DNA of 64,000 nucleotides, from NCBI GenBank assembly GCA_964016885.1, contig OZ024741.1, forward strand, positions 89,218,001-89,282,000, written 5' to 3'. A model generated the notes under the pieces. It was not told the DNA's origin. It worked only from the letters and a program-made list of their open reading frames with translations, and made no database searches. The translations under genes and the position numbers were made by a program. Source of the DNA: Eledone cirrhosa. Taxonomy: Eukaryota. Of this stretch, positions 62,894 through 64,000 are shown in pieces; within the stretch, counting starts at the first letter, position 1, and every line of letters begins with the position of its first letter.

Positions 62894-62978
62894 TCATCTT
62901 TAGATGACAATTTTTTAGTATTCACAAAGCCCCAACAGTTGCTCATCTGATTCAGTAGACTATCTTTGGCCTTACATT
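62894..62978 (-). CDS. Cys-rich gene, first visible internal exon (phase 1-2); 5' exons not located
   Basis: tttctccatcttttcag|..GA|GTAAGT. Encodes CKAKDSLLNQMSNCWGFVNTKKLSSKD. Confidence 0.72.
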
Positions 62979-63049
62979 CTGAAAAGATGGAGAAATAATA
63001 AAATAGAAGTAATGTAATCCATGTTATTGTTTTATTTTCCCTGACTTAG

Positions 63050-63245
63050 AGAAGGTAGGAAACTGCAGAAGAGGAAGAGCAAGAAAGACCTGCTCAGAAG
63101 TGGTGATTGTGGATTTCAAAATGCTGAACCTCACAGAGGAAATTATGAAGGAACACAACAAGTGGAGGGAGGCTATGGTGGAAAAGGCCTGTCCAACCCA
63201 TGCAAGCATGGAAAAGCAGAATTAAAAAGGATGATGATGATGAAA
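63050..63245 (+). mobile_element. RTE 3'-end fragment
   Basis: Similar to 50760-50950 (RGR.RKT motif, acccatgcaagcatggaaaag, (TGA)n tail). Confidence 0.7.
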
Positions 63246-63334
63246 AACGCTTCGATACAAACAGTTTTGATAATGATAATGACTGAAAGACTGCCGTTAA
63301 AAACTAAACAGTTCCAACACACTGCCTGATTTAA

Positions 63335-63532
63335 CCCTTTAGCATTTAAACTGGCCAGAATTCTCTCACTTCTTTCAGTTCAAACCAGCTCATGCTGATG
63401 TTAAAGTATTGTTTTCAAAATAAATAATATTAAAATCGCATAGCTTCGATATTATGTGAAATAATTTTGTGAGATAAAGCCTCTACCATGAAAATACAAT
63501 AGTAAATATAGAGTAATGTGAATGCTAAAGGG
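63335..63532. mobile_element. piggyBac-type MITE
   Basis: Copy of 22638-22819, with TTAA/TTAT flanks. Confidence 0.78.
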
Positions 63533-63732
63533 TTATCATCATCACTTGGTCCTTGGGTACATTTAGCAGTTTATTCTGTTGCAATCTTTCAGAGCAGTAC
63601 TCTGGTTAATTCCCTGTTCTGGCAGAGCATCAGTCACATGAACCTCACCAGTCTAGGATGGGATTATAAAGATATCGTGATCATTGCCCCTCCCACACAC
63701 ACACCTGACTAACTAATTATAATTTTTTACTT

Positions 63733-63930
63733 ACGTGCAAGGCCAGAAATTTTGGAGAGGGGAAAGTCAATTATATCGATCCCAGTACTTGACTGGTACT
63801 TTATTTTATCAACTGTGGAAGGATGAAAGGCTAAGCTGACCTTGGCAAGATTTGAACTCAAGACATAAAGAGCAGGAACAAATCCTGCTATGCATTTGTC
63901 TGACAATGTAATAGCTCTTCCAATCCACAG
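63733..63930 (-). mobile_element. Older family-A-related SINE
   Basis: ggtactttattttatc..ggatgaaaggc..atttgaactca core. Similar decayed copies at ~25950, 26440, 39155, 40698, 48030 and 61866. Confidence 0.7.
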
Positions 63931-64000
63931 CATTAATAATGAGTCACCACACCGACAAACTAATAAAAAATTAAATCAATAAATAAGGCAAGCAAGATCA

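Overview
AT-rich, microsatellite-dense eukaryotic DNA. The SINE, LINE and Penelope repertoire looks like an octopus (coleoid cephalopod) genome; this is an inference from repeat style. Two spliced minus-strand host genes can be assembled by hand from GT-AG sites with matching intron phases. (1) A 3-exon, ~367-aa divergent Myc/Max-network bHLH-Zip factor (34306-33640, 29756-29367, 23835-23789). It has an AT-hook, no recognisable Myc box I/II, and an acidic tail after the zipper. (2) The 3' part of a Cys-rich gene of unknown function (exons 62978-62894, 59441-59317, 57191-57110, 53601-53456, plus a probable last exon near 49963). One of its exons is bracketed by a 182-bp intronic inverted repeat. 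The rest is transposon debris: R4/Dong, CR1, RTE and CRE-like LINEs, tRNA-SINEs, mariner and DD37D transposons, a Helitron, and hAT, piggyBac and Mutator-type MITEs. The most striking non-coding signal is a dense set of minimal type I hammerhead ribozymes from Penelope-like elements. Many are converted into fold-back palindromes centred on a short hairpin, often ribozyme stem II, including a 352-bp palindrome that encodes a hammerhead on both strands. All calls are manual reads; no database search was run.
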